From contig JAWQFM010000034.1 in NCBI GenBank assembly GCA_033442325.1, positions 416,293-480,292 of the forward strand: a DNA stretch of 64,000 nt, written 5' to 3'. Source of the DNA: Salpingoeca rosetta (lineage: Eukaryota > Protista > Choanoflagellata). Both the position numbers and the translations under genes were made by a program. How positions within the stretch are numbered: the stretch's first letter is position 1; each line of letters begins with the position of its first letter. Below the pieces are notes generated by a model. It made no database searches, had not been told where the DNA came from, and saw only the letters and a list, made by a program, of their open reading frames with translations. Below are positions 51,200 to 64,000 of the stretch, in pieces.

Positions 51200-52503
51200 G
51201 GATTGGGATTGCTGCACTCTCATCAAACACGCACACACACACACACACACTCCCGCGCGCACGCACACGCATACACCACCATCTCCGTCGGCACCAGCAC
51301 CATCACGGCACCTGCTTGATGGTGAGGCGCTTGGCGGGATCGCACGTGAGCAGCCCGTCCATCAGCGACAGCGCCAAATCGCTCGCGGCAGGCATCACGT
51401 GCTGTGGTGGTGATGATTATTGGGGTGGTGATTAGTTGGGGTGGTGGTGACATAGGTTGGATGCAAGCTGACGCCCGAACACACACACACACACGCACGC
51501 GCACACGCACACACACACGCACGCGCACACACACACACCACCACCACCACCACCACGAGTACAGGTGTGCCATGCCCGCACCCTGAGCGGCGTTGGGTTT
51601 TGCTGGTCAAACTCGAGGAATCCAGGCAATTTCGTGACGCCCTGAACACCACGCGACACAGCAGCGGTCATGATGCGTGATGTGTGTGAGTACGTGTGTG
51701 TGTTTGAGATCACAACAGCCATGAGCGCTGAGAGAACTTCATACACACACACACACATCCACACACATCCACACACATCCACACACACACACACGAACGA
51801 GCAACCAGCACATAAACGCACGGGCCAGTTGTGTTCGTTGACGGAACCGCGAAGAGCAAAGATCCTGCTGAGCTGATCAATCTCGGATGTGCCGGGGAGG
51901 AGGGGGCGACGCAACTCAAGCTCACCGTGCACACACCCCATGGCCCACACGTCCACGCCCGCGCCGTAGGCCTTGCTGTTGAACAGGAGCTCGGGAGCAC
52001 GGTAGTAGCTGGAAATGGTGGTGGCAATGATGATGAAGTGGTGGTGAGGCTGTGGTGGTGGTGACGATAACAGTGGTGGTGACTGCGAAGAAAAGCAAAG
52101 TGAATATGAGATCTGGCCACGCATTCAGCAATGCCCATGAGCATACCCTTGTGCTCTGTGCGTCTACACAACTGTGCACGCGCGCAACTATATGTACACG
52201 CTCGCTTACACGTGCGCGAGTGTGCGTATGTATGGCGCTTACATGGTGACGACCTGGGCGGTGTATGCGCGCGAGGGGCTGCCGAACGTGGAGGCGAGGC
52301 CAAAGTCGGCGAGTTTGACTATGCCTTTGCGCGTGATGAAGATGTTCTCGGGTTTGAGGTCCTGATGGCAGTGGGAAAGGTGGAAGTGGTGATTATGGTG
52401 GAATTGAGGATGAGTGGATGAAACACATGAAGACTGACACGTGAAGTAACCAAGCAGATGCGCGTTAATTGCACCCATCACGCACATATACGCACACACA
52501 CGC

Positions 52504-52574
<71 letters not shown>

Positions 52575-52813
52575 CACGCGGTGGATGATCCAGTGTGAGT
52601 GCAGATATTCGAGTCCTTGCAGGCACTGCAGCATTAGGGACTTGATATCGCTCGGGGTCAGTTGAATGTTCTCCAAGATGATGGCCTGGTTTGAAGCATA
52701 ATGTCATGATGTGAGTGGGGGGGGGGCAAGTGCGGAGGCGGTGTCCGTGAGAGTGTACCCTTGAGTGCTCGCACTTGCCAACGCACTTGCCAACGCACAT
52801 GCACACACACATG

Positions 52814-52863
<50 letters not shown>

Positions 52864-53176
52864 GTGTCAAGCACATGCACGTGCATCACGCACTTTTCAA
52901 TTCACCCACTAATGCACGCACCCTCATGTCGCATTTGCACAGTTCAAGAACGAGGTGAATGTTGAAGCCTTTCGCGAAGATGTCCCGCAACTGCACCAAG
53001 CACCAGGGCCACCGTGAGACAATACGAGAATGCACAGGGAAGGAAGCACACACACATGCCCACACACACACACACACACGCATGCCCACACACACACACA
53101 CGCATGCCCACACACACACACACACGCATGCCCACACACACACACACACGCATGCCCACACACACACACACGCATG

Positions 53177-53246
<70 letters not shown>

Positions 53247-53492
53247 AATGATGTTGGCGTGGCGAAGCTCCTGTAAGAACTTGATCTCCCTGAACGCTGT
53301 GCGATGCAAGCCTTCCTCCGCATCCTGCTTCGACCCAACTTTGATCTGCAAGGCAGGCCGCCATTCATTCACTTGTTGAGTGGCAACAGCTGTAGCAGCA
53401 GTTGCAGCGGCTGCACGATGCACTGCTGGCGTGACGTTGAGCTGACAATGGAAGCGCCGTAAGAAACAGCAATCGGCACAGCAATAGCCAGC

Positions 53493-53525
<33 letters not shown>

Positions 53526-53813
53526 CCTTCTTGACTGCGAAGCGTTCCTTGGTGTCGGTGTGTTCGGCCAGGAACACCGTGCCAAACTGGAAACAGAAGA
53601 GAAGGCACGACAAGAGACCAATCAACGGTGCAACCATGCTGTCAGTGCGTGTGCATGGGGGCACTCTAACCGCGGCCAGTGTCAAAACAAGAAGCCAGAC
53701 CAAAGACACGCGAAGCAGTACACCACCACACCACCAACGCATCACAGTGCCACTGCCAAACATCTCACCTGGCCTTCGCCAAGCACGGCAATCTTCTTGT
53801 ACGCGCTGCTCAT
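50665..53813 (-). CDS. CDK7: Cyclin-dependent kinase 7 (CAK / TFIIH kinase)
   Basis: Spliced: [15 protein letters not shown]|FGTVFLA...FAVKK|[27 protein letters not shown]...WIIHR|DLKPEN...[31 protein letters not shown]...[22 protein letters not shown]...AK|[21 protein letters not shown]...*. The NRTALRE-like helix and the S164/T170-equivalent T-loop are diagnostic. Last exon 50769-50665. Confidence 0.93.
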
Positions 53814-54672
53814 TTCGTTTGCCGTCTGCCGCCAAATTCAAACTGCGTGTTGTCGTTGTTTGTTTGTGCTGGTTGCTCATTTCATTTCATGGTGTGACAG
53901 TGCTTGAAGACACATGACATGTGTCACATCGCAGGCTATCGCACAAGCTTCCAATCATCAACATGCTCCCATCCACAGCACATCTGCCCCCCCCCCTCAC
54001 ACACACCCAAGCACCCACTGTTCGCTCTTTGCGCTTCACTTTCTCACAACCTTCATTCCAACGTGATGTGACACGATGAAGCACAAGACCACCTTGCACG
54101 CACAGAAGACACATCGCAACCAGAGTCGCAATAAGTTGGCCGTGCCTGTCAGCACACCTTTGAAGTGCTGCTGCCTGCGATAGCCGCGGGCAGACTCACG
54201 AACAACGCAGACACCACAAACGCACGTACACAATCAATCCGAGTGGAGGCGTTGAGCGATCACAGGATCACCGCTCGCTCAACTACCGCCTTCCAGCCTT
54301 TGCCATTGTGCAAGTGGCACATTGGCACTCAAGTCAAGCAGACCAGTGAAATCAGACAACAAGACCACGACCCATATACCCAGTGGGAAAGAACAGATAG
54401 AGAGCGAAAGCTTTGAACTCGACACTCAGCACACACATCAACACCCCAGCACACCCAGACTCTACACGCAAGCATGCATCGCCTCAATCAAAGCGCAGTC
54501 CACACGAAGAAGAGTGTGGAGGGGGTGCGTGCAGCACGAAGAAGGCGAAAAAAGAGAGCAGAAGGCCGCTGAAAGAGCAGGTGGGACGTTGGGACTGGGA
54601 GCAGTGATGTAATGTGATGGATTGCTGGATCGCGGCACGGTGAGAAATGCACCCGCCCATGCACCGCTCATC

Positions 54673-56307
54673 TCACGGCGCCTGCACATCCGTGACGGCG
54701 CAACGGCTGAAGCGCAGTCGGCACGACTGCAGAGCAGCCACCACCTGAACACAACGGTGAATACGCGTGATATGGACTGTGAGCGTGTGTGCATGTTTGT
54801 GTATGTGCATGCGTGTAGTTGTGTGTGTGTGTGTGTGTGTGCATATGCCTATGTCTCTGTAGTTGTGATTGTGTGTCTGTGTGTGCAGGAACAGTGCGCA
54901 TCGTTTGCTCGAGCCACGTGTCCCTTCGCCCCGACGGTCATTCCACGATTCCATCAAACCCACTTCCCAACACCCACACACCCAAACCCAAATTGCACGG
55001 CACCACTTGTCAAGCATACAGAGGCGTCCTTGACGGCGACGCTGAAGCGGTTGCTGGCGAGGGGCGTGATTGCAGACCCGTCTTTCAGTGCCACGGCGCA
55101 CACCTGAGCCGCAGTGAAGGAATGATGCACAAGAAGCGTGAGTAAAGCGCTCACGAGAATCTCCACTCTCCACATCAAGCCACGGTAACATCGGCCGCCT
55201 CCCTTCTCTCGCATCAACCACCATCAACAACAGCAGTCTACTCACGTCGAGGCCGCAGTCCTCCTGGATGGCGTCGCGCATCTGCTGGGAGAACACATCG
55301 AGCTCGGCAGCGGTAAACTGGTCGATCCGCTGGGAGCGGCGGCAGCGGGTGGTCAGCACGGCGCCGGCCGTAAACTGCGCACCGTCGCACACACCCGCGG
55401 CGACCGAGGGTGTGTAGCTGGCGTGTTGCAGACGGCACTGCATGAAGCGCACGCCACCGTTGTTCATGCACTGCTCAATCTGGTCCACCGTCTGGGAGAG
55501 AATGCAGCGCACACATGCAAAACGGCACAAACGACACACACGCACACATCAGAAGTCAGCGTTCGTGACGTCATAACCATCAACAGGGAGAGGTGAGGAA
55601 GTGTGCGAGGCAACGAGAGGGCAATCATGGGTGGGTGGACCCACTTTTCATGTGGGCATGCATGTGTGCAGGTGCTCCGCCCTTGAATCTCGCCAAGCAC
55701 ACTAACATTCGAGCAGACCACTTGCTATCGTTGTAACCCTCTCTCACACACACACGAGGCGGGCGCGCACCACCACCGCCACCACCACTGTCCTCGTCTC
55801 CAAGACGGGCAAGTAAGCCACGGCGCCACTCACAGATGAATTGTGGACGGCAACACGGATGGTGTTCGTCAGGGCAGAAACGGGCATGATATCGCTCGCC
55901 ACGGCCGAACGCACGTCGCACTGCAACAACAACCCCCCCCCCCACACACACACACAAACATGAGCCAACGCGAAACCAGCACGCAGCAGATCATCACATG
56001 GTTTGCCAGCCAGCTCACACACGTGCGCGTACACACGTGCGCGTACACACGCACGCACGCAACACACATCATGCCGCAATACATCCTCGCAGACGCGCAC
56101 GCACACATGTGCTACACATATCCTCTGTTTTCATGTCATGACGCACCGACGTCAGACCGCAGGCGGTCGTGAGCTTTTGGTCCATCTTGCTGGCAAACTT
56201 GCTCATGCGCGCAGACGAGTAGTTGGCAATGTCCTTTTCGCGCAGGCAGCGGAATGTCAGTTGGGCCGACCCATCATACGTGAACGAGGAGCACGGATGT
56301 GTGTCGG

Positions 56308-56341
<34 letters not shown>

Positions 56342-56376
56342 AGTAGTAGTAGTAGTTGTTGTTGTTGTTGTTGTAG

Positions 56377-56413
<37 letters not shown>

Positions 56414-56448
56414 AGTAGTAGTAGTAGTTGTTGTTGTTGTTGTTGTAG

Positions 56449-56485
<37 letters not shown>

Positions 56486-56552
56486 AGTAGTAGTAGTAGT
56501 AGTAGTTGTTGTTGTTGTTGTTGTAGTAGTAGTAGTAGTAGTTGTTGTTGTT

Positions 56553-56623
<71 letters not shown>

Positions 56624-58528
56624 CGTCGTCGTGGTGGTGGTTGTCGTGGTGGTGGTCGTCGTGGTGGTGGTGGTCGTCGTCGTAGTTGCTGCTCAGCAAT
56701 GGCGAAATCACAAACACAACCTCTTAGTAAAGTGACAAAGTGCGTCCATCGTCAATACCCACCAACAAAACAAGAAACAACAGTCGGCTGAACACAGCGG
56801 CGCACAGCAACACGAGCCACTCCATACACAGGACAAGCACGTGGCACTACCACATGACAGCAGCATTCACGCGGCATACCACGGCAGACGTCGTCGGCCC
56901 CGCGCTCTTCGCCTGCAGGACACCCCATGCGGCACGCGTAAAACGAAAACACCTTTCCGCTGCTCACATCCTGAATGTCAACGCCTGCAAAGTTGTTTGC
57001 ATCAAGTGCATACAACGCGTCAACGTAGCAAGTAACAGTTGGACAAACAAAACAAGCAGGCCAGTGCGCAATCATGTGACGAAACCAAGCCAAGCAAGTC
57101 CCAGACACACGGGCCAACAACGACATTCGCGCGCCATGCGTGCAGCACCCAGCTCACCCCATCCCGAGTACCACGCATGCATATCCAGAGATACAGAGAT
57201 GCAGGCCACGCACCGCCCACAACAGCGTCGCCGTCCAAAGAGATGTTGTCATTGGTGCCAAAGCTTGTCCAATAGCAGTCAGTCGGAGTGGGGAGGTTGG
57301 ACATGGAGGCGCATTGGAAGGACCACACCCGACCGCTCTTCTCCGGCGCATACGACGAACGCATACCGCTCAAATCTGAGCAACACACGCATGTACACAA
57401 ACAAAGCACACACACAAAACACAAACGCAACACACCACAACACAACACACACACGCACGCGTCAGGACATGACATAACATGACATGACAGCAATGAAGGA
57501 TGAGAAATGAGAGGTGATGGTTGAATACAAAAGTGGCCCTCATGTCAACGCGAGCAGAGAAGGTTGAGGCACTACAGCCCTGCTCCATGCAATGCGCTGG
57601 TGACATACAATGCAATGCGATGCAATGCGCCACTTACAAGTGCCTGACGGGCAGTAGTGCAGAGTCCGATAAGCGTTGAAGACGTATGACACGGTGCTCC
57701 ATCTCTGGCGCGAGAAGATTCCCCCCGAGTTCTGTGCGCCACACTTGAACGTGTAGGTGCGGTCACGGGCGGAGTTCTGCTCAGCGTTGGGCACGGCAAG
57801 AACACAGTGACCAGAGTGATCAACCCACCAAAGTGAGTTCATGCCACTCACGAAGACTTCCACAGTCGAGAGTACAACGTTGCGCATGAAATGCGAAGCA
57901 CACACATACACACACATATACACACACGCACGCACGCACACACGCGCGCACACGAGAATGGGACGAGCAAGAACGTGTGGTGCTGGCCGAATTGTCGTAC
58001 GTCGTAGGTGGAGGTAAGGCCAGTCAGAAACTTCCCATCGGGACAGGTTTTTGCGATGAGCGCCCCCACAGACGTGGATGGATAGTATGTAATATCAGCG
58101 TCACTGAATCCTACCAAGGAACGCAATCGCGTGTGTGGGTGTGGAGGGAAGGAGGAAGTTGTGCAAGTTTGCATCGCAAGCAAGCAAAACCTGTGAGTGC
58201 AAGTGGGCATGTCACCAAGCGCAAGGCAGTTCCATACATCATGCACTAACAGTCGTGCAGACAGACCTGCACGCACGCACGCACATCCCTCCCTGCACAC
58301 GCACGCGCACATGTGTCCCTCGTCACGCCTGCCTGAAGCAATCCTATGACACTGCAAACGTACGGTTGCATCGGCGGTCGATCGGGCCCTTTCTTGCCCA
58401 GCCATTCTGGAGATCGCAGTGGACGTCGCAGTAGCGCACACGCCACACTCGATCCTCGTTGCTGACACGTGACACAACCAATCGTGTATGTGTGTGCGTG
58501 TGTGTGTGTGAAAGAGAGAGAGTGTGTG

Positions 58529-58560
<32 letters not shown>

Positions 58561-58862
58561 ACAGAGACAGCGAGAGAGAGAGACGGAGGGAGAGAGAGAG
58601 AGAGAGTGTGTGTGTGTGTGTGTGTGTGTTTCTGTGTGTGCGACAAGTGCAAGACGCGTTTTGTGGAACGGTCGAGATGACAGGCGTGGGTACAAATGAT
58701 ACAACGCCTACGTGTTGCTGTGATAGCTTTCAAGGCCTGAGGGTTGTTTCAGGTCAGCAGACAAAGGAGAAGACACCGGTGAGCTCGCGGTTGAAAGGCT
58801 GCAGCGTCGACATGGCAGCAAAGGCAGTCGCAAACACGCTCTTGAGAAGGCAAGAGGGTAGG

Positions 58863-58934
<72 letters not shown>

Positions 58935-60406
58935 CGCGCACAGGCGCGCACGCACACGCACACAGGCGCGCGCATGCAGTGTCGGGTCACGCAAGGAGCA
59001 CGAGCGCAACAGTGACACTGAACACGTGTCGACTCAAATAAACAGGGTGTCAGAAATGCCTTCAGTCGCAAGAGGGATACGCAAGCGAACGGCAAGGATA
59101 TATGGGCACGAACCGGTGATGATCTGAGCGTCGTTGACAGAGTAGTTCAGCTCATCGTCAAAGTTGTTGAGATACGCTGCATGATGGAATTCGCGCAGCA
59201 TCCATGCGTGAGGTAGAGAACCAGGAGGCAGTGAGCGCGAAAACGTCAGCGCACTTCTTGCAGCCGTCAGGATTCAAATCACAGTCGAACATGAGCAACT
59301 CAGAGCGAGAGAACAAGCCACGTTCTGCGGGAGCGAGCTCGCTTGGACATGTACAAGAAGCCTGGTCCCCTTTCTCGTTTCACAAACCTGTTGTCTGGCA
59401 GTTTGTAAGCTTGGCGACGCCTGCTGGCCCACACCCAAAGCCCCAGATGCGATCTGCAAAGGCAAATAAGAAGTCGGCACGCCAAGGAGAACACAGCATG
59501 GAGCCCCACGTTCAGGTGAGGTTGTGTCTCATTCTCGTGCACACACGTGACCTGTCAAACACATGAAGATGTCCATGAACGCACACAAACACGCGCACAC
59601 GCGCGCACACACACACACACACGTACACACAATCTTCAACCAGCAAACCACGCCGCACACCAAACGACCCGAACAAACCACGAGAACATCACCTTCTTTG
59701 TCGTTGTTGTGCTCGCTCTTCACGCTATCGAGGTCTATGCGGGGGAAGGGTGTGATGTGATCGAGCAACAATGCAACGTGCAGAGTGATAGGGCATTTGG
59801 ATGACATCAGGAAGCAAGAAGAAAGACAAGCCACTCCGCATGCAGAGACAAGGACATAGTTCCACGGCTGTCAGTCGCATTCCATGCTTCCATGAGCGCA
59901 CTGCATTGCACGGTGCACTTACACTGGTCCGCTGGGCACAGCAATGAGATGGGCTGGTCATACAGGTTGGAGTCGAGGTTGCTCTTGCCCGAGCCAGTGT
60001 AGTACCAGCTTCCATCTCCGACTTCCGCACACGAGAAGCTCCACACGCGGTCTTCACTGAAAGCGCGTGTACAAGACATGCAAGTCGAGTGTCAGTGTAA
60101 CAGAAAAAGAGCCAAAGGCAACGGTGGTGAACACGACTGACAACAACTGAACACAGCTAATGTCTAGCCACCAAGCAATCAAGTTGTCCAACGAAGGAAC
60201 GACACGTGTCATCTCGACACAAAGACACGAAAACAGTGTGTTGGATGGACTCACTAATGATTGCTGTGCACGCTCTGCACTTTGATGAGGCCACTACCGA
60301 GGGGGCACTGGTAGTCCAGCGGCTGGTCGTAGTTGTTCTCATATCCAAGTGCGAGCCACGGCACAATGCCGAGCAGCAGCACTGTGAGCCGAACAAGGGG
60401 TACCAT
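54673..60406 (-). CDS. Secreted protein: signal peptide, 2 dermatopontin (DERM)/haemagglutinin domains, poly-Thr mucin stalk, 2 tandem uncharacterised 6-Cys domains; ~708 aa, 16 exons
   Basis: Phase-consistent exons 60406-60255, 60056-59923, 59734-59693, 59453-59388, 59176-59114, 58736-58712, 58461-58364, 58110-58001, 57776-57638, 57375-57214, 56984-56880, 56688-56147, 55920-55834, 55491-55246, 55103-55020, 54744-54673 (2127 nt). DERM subrepeats include [56 protein letters not shown] and [26 protein letters not shown]. Confidence 0.85.
56305..56686 (-). repeat. Compound (ACA/ACT/ACG/ACC)n coding repeat giving ~125 consecutive Thr (mucin stalk)
   Basis: The frame fixed by the flanking splice sites reads poly-Thr. 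Confidence 0.9.
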
Positions 60407-61182
60407 TCCCTTGGTTGTTGTTGGTCGCCTGCAGCTGGTCGTGGGGCAGGTGAGCGGTAGGAACTCTGAAAATGGACATGTAACACATGAAGTAGGTTGC
60501 TTGCCGAGGCGGGAATATGTAAGATGTACGAAGGTGCTAATAACGTGTAGGGAATGTATTCGCATTGCGCATTAGGCGAAAGAATGTTTGTGATGATTTT
60601 GACACATGATGAGCCATGACGCAAGTGAAAGAAAATCAGCCGCCGATGCGGACACACAAGCACACAAGAGAGGCGCTGAGGCGATGTGATGATGACATGA
60701 CTTTGTGCATCACGAAGAGAAGAAGGCAGCGAGATTTCGAAGGGGCGAGCAGAGAACAGGGAGTGATCTCCGTCTCGTCTGTCTTTGTTCTGCTCTGCTG
60801 AGTGGTTAGTGTGTTCGTGCGTGGTTAGTGCGTGTGTAGCTCGGTATCCTTGGCTGCTATGTCCTATCACAGCGCTGCAGCGCGTTGGCTGTGTTGAAAA
60901 GCTGGTCTGCTTGCATGTACGTGGCATCTCGAGGCAGCATGTGTGTGTGAAGTGTGCAACAAGCATAGAAGCATGTCGCTGTGTCAAGCCGTGCTCGTGT
61001 GCGCCAGTAGAAGAGTAGAGTAGAGTGTTCTGAGTGTTGACCTCCACTGCACCCATGTGGAAGGAGCCGAAGGACCTTCAAGGACAAGGACAAGCACTAC
61101 CCTTTATGGTGTTTGCAACTGTTTTCACTGCCAGCGCCGCCACACGACAACTGCTGCGACACACCCAACACAGCACACAACC

Positions 61183-61745
61183 ATGTCTGGGATTGCTGTT
61201 GAGCGCTTGATGGAAGAGCGCAAGAACTGGCGCAGCGACCACCCACACGTGAGTTTGAAGGGGAAACGGTTTCCTTTACCCATGTAGTGTTGGTGATAGT
61301 ACCCCTTGATGGTTTTTTTTTTTTTGGTGGCGTTCTTGCTTCTCGCCATCCTGCAGCACAGCAACACTTAGAACACTTTGCAAACCTCTGCATTCCAACA
61401 CACGCCACAGGGATTTGCAGCCCGCCCCGCAACGAAGGATGACGGCACCAAAGACTACATGCTCTGGCACTGCAGTGCGTATGCCGTGCAGTGTGGCTTG
61501 TGTTTGTCGGCCGGGAGTCTGGACTGGAAAAGCTGCTGCCCTGCTGTCTTGTCATGTGCCTTGTCAATGTGCTGTCCATTGGATGCGCTGTTGCTGATAC
61601 TCACACTGCGGTTTCTGCTGGCCAGCCATTCCTGGGAAGGAAGGCACATCATGGCAGGGCGGTTTTTACAAAGTGAAGATGATTTTCTCCGAGGACTACC
61701 CCATGACGCCTCCCAAATGTCAGCTGATGGATGACACATGCCTGC

Positions 61746-61784
<39 letters not shown>

Positions 61785-62055
61785 ATGTATGTACTGTTGT
61801 GTTGGTGTGAGGATGCAGCAGCAGCAGCCGTGTATACCTGTCCGTGCTCATGTTACCTGCACGTATGCTCGCTTCTTTCTCACGCGTGCACATCTTCTGA
61901 CCCACGTTGCTCGCACGCACGTGTTACCGCCTTGCGAATGGACAGGCCAATTCACCCCTCCGCTGTTTCATCCCAACGTGTACCCGTCCGGCACCATCTG
62001 CCTCTCTCTTCTCGACGCTGAGAAGGACTGGCGTCCAGGTGTCACCATCAAACAG
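61183..62055 (+). CDS. UBE2I: SUMO-conjugating enzyme UBC9 (3' exon(s) lost in gap)
   Basis: Exons 61183-61248, 61411-61474, 61626-61718, 61946-62055: [22 protein letters not shown]|GFAARP...[20 protein letters not shown]...[46 protein letters not shown]. Confidence 0.95.
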
Positions 62056-62111
62056 GTGTGCGTATGCTGGAGAGGGGGGGGGGGTTGTATGCATGTACAT
62101 TTGTGCGATGC

Positions 62112-62158
<47 letters not shown>

Positions 62159-62293
62159 TTACCGCTGTACAAGATTAAGTGATTTTTTTTTTTTAACCAG
62201 AAAACCTCAATAAAAAAACAAGCAAATCGAACGCGCCTCTTTTATTCATTTTTTTACGGAAGAAAAATAAATCTTTCTTCTTTCTTCCCCCCC

Positions 62294-62630
62294 NNNNNNN
62301 NNNNNNNNNNNNNNNNNNNNNNNNNNNNNNNNNNNNNNNNNNNNNNNNNNNNNNNNNNNNNNNNNNNNNNNNNNNNNNNNNNNNNNNNNNNNNNNNNNNN
62401 NNNNNNNNNNNNNNNNNNNNNNNNNNNNNNNNNNNNNNNNNNNNNNNNNNNNNNNNNNNNNNNNNNNNNNNNNNNNNNNNNNNNNNNNNNNNNNNNNNNN
62501 NNNNNNNNNNNNNNNNNNNNNNNNNNNNNNNNNNNNNNNNNNNNNNNNNNNNNNNNNNNNNNNNNNNNNNNNNNNNNNNNNNNNNNNNNNNNNNNNNNNN
62601 NNNNNNNNNNNNNNNNNNNNNNNNNNNNNN
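62294..62630. other. Assembly gap (N run)
   Basis: N run. Confidence 1.
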
Positions 62631-62726
62631 TGTGTCCATTTCAACTTTCGTATTTCCGTCCCTTCTCATTACACACCACAGCCCATGCACAGCCCGTGGG
62701 AAAGGGGACACACGCGCACATCGACA

Positions 62727-62785
<59 letters not shown>

Positions 62786-62889
62786 CCACAACCGAAAAAC
62801 TTGCTTCTTGCCAAGCAAAAAGAACAACAACCCGCAACGACTTGCTTTTCTTCCCTTCTTGCCTTGCAATACACGCGAGCGCACGTAGC

Positions 62890-63875
62890 ATGGCTGATGA
62901 TGATGGGAGGGGCACGGGCACAGTGCCTGCCTCTGTGGTGCTGGCTATGGGAATGCCGACGACCAAGGAGGACGAGCTGCTGTGCGAAGGGTACCTGAAG
63001 AAGATCCGCGGGTTTGCGCAGAACAGGAGGAGGTGGTTCCGGGTGACAGCAAACCACATTGCCTTCTTCTCCGCCGATGGTGGCAGCCTCATCTCTTATA
63101 TCCACCGCGATCACGTGTCTGATGTCCGCGACATCTCCAAGTACCGCTTCCTCATCTCCACACACAAACCGTTTGGTGCCAGCGGCGCAAGCAGCATGAT
63201 CCTCGAAGCCAGCACTCCAGAGGTGTGATGTGTACGCATGTGTGTGCATGTGTGTGTGGGAGGGGGGATGTGCGTGGATGCATGTGTGTGTGTGCGTGTG
63301 TGTATGTGTGTGGGAGGGGGATGTGTGTGGATGCATGTGTGTGCGTGTGTGTATGTGCGTGGGAGGGGGGATGTGTGTGGATGCATGTGTGTGTGTGCGT
63401 GTGTGTATGTGTGTGGAAGGGGGGATGTGTGTGGATGTATGTGTGTGTGTCTCTCTCTGCATGTGTGTGTGCCCATCTGCCTGCCAACCTACCTGCCTGT
63501 CTGCCTGTCTGCCAGTGTGCCCCACTCCCATGCACATATGGCTGCATCAATGACGGTGCCTCCTTCCCCCCCCCCTCCAGCACTGCCACCAACCACTGCG
63601 CCTTCCGTTCTCTCTGTGTGTTGCCAGGCGAAGAACAGATGGCTGCTGTGCCTGCAAAAGACAACAGACAGCTCGCGCGGCACACAGGAGGACACGGGCC
63701 ACCTGTACACAGAAGGGTACATGTGTAAGCTGCAAGGCTTTGGCTCGCGTGATCGGACGCGGTGGTTCGTGCTCACCGATCGCTACTTCTCGTATTACAC
63801 GACGGAGGCCGGGGACCTGATGGGCCGCTGCCCCATTGAACAGATCCAATCCGTTAAGCCAATCCAGGACCACAC
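62890..63875 (+). CDS. Tandem pleckstrin-homology (PH) domain protein, continues beyond window
   Basis: Exons 62890-63222 and 63628-63875. PH1: LCEGYLKKIRGFAQNRRRWFRV...MILEASTPE|AKNRWLLCL. PH2: YTEGYMCKLQGFGSRDRTRWFVLTDRYFSYY. Confidence 0.85.
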
Positions 63876-64000
63876 GTAAGCACGAGAACAGAGGAGGGGA
63901 GAAGGCTGGTGTGTGTGTGTGTGTGTCTGTGTGTGTGTGTGTGTGTGCGTGTGTGTGGAGGGGGGGAGAGAGAGAGAGTGTGTGTGTGTATGTCGTGTCT

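Noticed and set aside
60606-60679. Second ATGATGA...CTGA box pair
   Set aside because: No terminal stem or recognisable guide; lies in a divergent promoter region.
62180-62293. AT-rich segment after UBC9 exon 4
   Set aside because: Homopolymer-rich contig end next to a gap; likely low-quality sequence.

Overview
Eukaryotic, intron-rich genomic DNA with GC-rich exons, short GT-AG introns full of (GT)n/(CA)n microsatellites, and proteins loaded with poly-D/T/Q/G/S insertions. This style is strongly suggestive of a choanoflagellate such as Salpingoeca rosetta (inference only). There are three N-gaps (8283-8941, 18881-19701, 62294-62630), and most ORF-track entries are microsatellite artefacts. 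By splicing exons manually I reconstruct 13 protein-coding genes: a J1-crystallin/SelJ-like ADP-ribosylglycohydrolase (-, runs off the left edge); microcephalin MCPH1 (-); RAB3GAP2 (+); an RRM/RS-rich RNA-binding protein (-); an intronless secreted M43 (pappalysin/ulilysin) metalloprotease (-); a Golgi-type sulfotransferase (+); a 1448-aa two-finger C2H2 transcription factor whose fingers are split over small exons (+); APC5 (+); an N-BAR protein with an apparently fragmented SH3 (-); CDK7 (-); a secreted dermatopontin-domain/mucin/novel-Cys-repeat protein (-); UBC9 (+, cut by a gap); and a tandem-PH protein (+, runs off the right edge). The most notable items are the secreted dermatopontin-mucin protein with a duplicated uncharacterised SEA-like Cys domain, the head-to-head protease/sulfotransferase pair, a full three-BRCT MCPH1, and the 5'-(GU)n ... 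(CA)n-3' polarity of introns. No rRNA, tRNA, CRISPR array or recognisable transposon was seen.
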